Origin: Uloborus diversus
Lineage: Eukaryota
NCBI RefSeq assembly: GCF_026930045.1
Contig: NC_072740.1
Coordinates: 29,620,384-29,684,383, forward strand
Direction: 5' to 3'
DNA length: 64,000 nucleotides
Shown: positions 62,590 through 64,000 of the stretch, piece after piece
Layout: each line of letters starts with the position of its first letter
Numbering within the stretch: the first letter of the stretch is position 1
Position numbers and translations under genes: made by a program
Notes under the pieces: generated by a model
Database searches by the model: none
The model's input: only the letters and a program-made list of their open reading frames with translations
Told to the model about the DNA's origin: nothing

Positions 62590-62890
62590 GCCCGCCGGCT
62601 GTATCCGCCACTGCCCATATGCAAAATTTTAAGGGGGGGGGGGGCTGAGATATTTTCCCCATGCATGGTTTAGCAAGATATTTTCCGCATAGAAACTGAT
62701 TTCAGTACAAATTTGAGTTATTAAACTTTGAAATTTTTAATAACTTATTCATTAATGGAAGAATTTTTTTTTTTTTTTTTTTTTTTGCATTTTTGCAAAG
62801 GAAAAAGTACTAAAAGCAAGGAAGTTCTAATTTCTAAGGGAGCGGTGGGCTTGAGCTCTTATTTGCCCCCTATATTGGCGCCTAAACACA
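62590..62890. mobile_element. second copy of the same MITE family (diverged TIRs, internal poly-T expansion)
   Basis: ~80% colinear with 8209-8465 (ccatatgcaaaattttaaggggg…ttccccatg…gatttcagtaca…aataacttattcattaatgg…gcatttttgcaaag…aaagcaaggaagttct…). Confidence 0.7.
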
Positions 62891-64000
62891 GATATAAAAT
62901 GGTGGACCAATTCAGGCTTGCCACGGGACATGTTGCATACCTAAACACCTACATCGTTTCAACAGTGGCGTAGCTAAGGTGGGGCGAAGGGGGCGGTCCG
63001 CCCCGGGCGGCATACTTTTGGGGGCGAGGTGAAAAAAAAATCTAAACAACGAACTCATACTTCAAATCTATTACTGGAGGAAAAAAAATTCTATGAAATA
63101 TAAGGTTTCGGTATAACTATACGACTACGCTTCTCAGTGTTCAAAGTTGAAATATTTCCGTAGTGATCCTCTGAACCTTCCTCATTCTCTTAACGTTCTC
63201 AAATATAGACTTAAATTGCATTTTTATAACGTAAATTTTGGAAAATATTTCAGAAAAGACTCCGTCTTTCTAACGTCAACAAAGGTTGAAACTGACTTCA
63301 GTTTGTTCGCCCCCCCCCCTTTCCCCAAACATCACTTTTAACTTCGATTTTTTGATGTAAATTTAAAATATTTCTCCGGGATACAGGCACGTAGCTAGAA
63401 CTTTGTTAAGGGGGGGGGTCCAAGGTTGCACGAACTTCAAAAGAGGAGGCATGCTAAAGCAGAATTAGTAGCTGATAATTACACAAGACTAAGATAAATC
63501 CAATTAAAACTGATCATTAAAATATGATAATTAATTAAAATTAATTAAATAATTGAAATTAATAGAGTCATTAGTTAAAATTAGTTAACAAAAAGTTTAT
63601 GTTAAGTGGTAAATTAATTATTGTCAGTTTGTAAATTAACATTAAACTGAAGGTTATCACATACAAAGTTTCCAAATATGGGTGAACCTTTGTCCTCCTG
63701 AAAATAAGTGATATATTTTCTATTAATAAAAAGGGCACAATAAAAGAAAAACGGAAAACGAAAACTGTTCTAGAAATTACTTGGAAAATGCATGCGATAA
63801 TTTAATAAAATATTAAAGCTTTGTAATATATTTCAACAAAATATGTACATTTGTACTTATGCCATTTTTTTTGAAAACTAGAAAGTCACCCGTCAAGGCA
63901 TGACGGGTGAAAATTGCTTCAACTCTTCTTCATTTGAACGAAGCAATTGCCTGTTTGGTGATATTTTGATAGTTGAAATTTTAACTCTAACACCAGTGCA

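Noticed and set aside
1-64000. A novel prokaryotic multi-gene system (defence island / operon)
   Set aside because: There are no long uninterrupted ORFs apart from the LINE. AT-rich exon/intron structure with GT-AG introns, LINE/mariner/MITE content and satellite DNA mark this as metazoan nuclear DNA. No evidence supports such a system.

Overview
This window is eukaryotic, AT-rich, metazoan-type nuclear DNA; it is not prokaryotic, so operon or defence-island logic does not apply. Positions ~690-40880 hold the 3' portion (at least 17 exons, ~760 codons, + strand) of a large WD40-repeat protein gene. Every splice junction has canonical AG/GT sites and the reading phase is conserved across all junctions; I cannot identify the protein family beyond WD40, and the gene continues upstream of the window. 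Its long introns and the downstream intergenic space (41-64 kb) are full of mobile elements. These include an internally deleted mariner-like element with intact TIRs (1274-2177). There is also a nearly full-length CR1/L2-type LINE (45.1-49.7 kb) with a PHD-like plus SGNH-esterase ORF1 and an APE-endonuclease/RT ORF2; a small TIR element with a ~10-bp target-site duplication (TSD) has recently split its RT. Several 5'-truncated copies of the same LINE are present, two of them forming a large inverted arrangement. Further repeats include a foldback element directly after a splice donor, a ~285-bp satellite array interrupted by a hAT-like MITE with an 8-bp TSD, a 1.45-kb non-autonomous TIR element, several tandem duplications and minisatellites, and a composite repeat family with hairpin-bearing ~65-bp subrepeats. 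I found no convincing rRNA, tRNA or CRISPR features, and no evidence of a novel multi-gene system. The most notable structures are TE-on-TE insertions and unusual repeat architectures.
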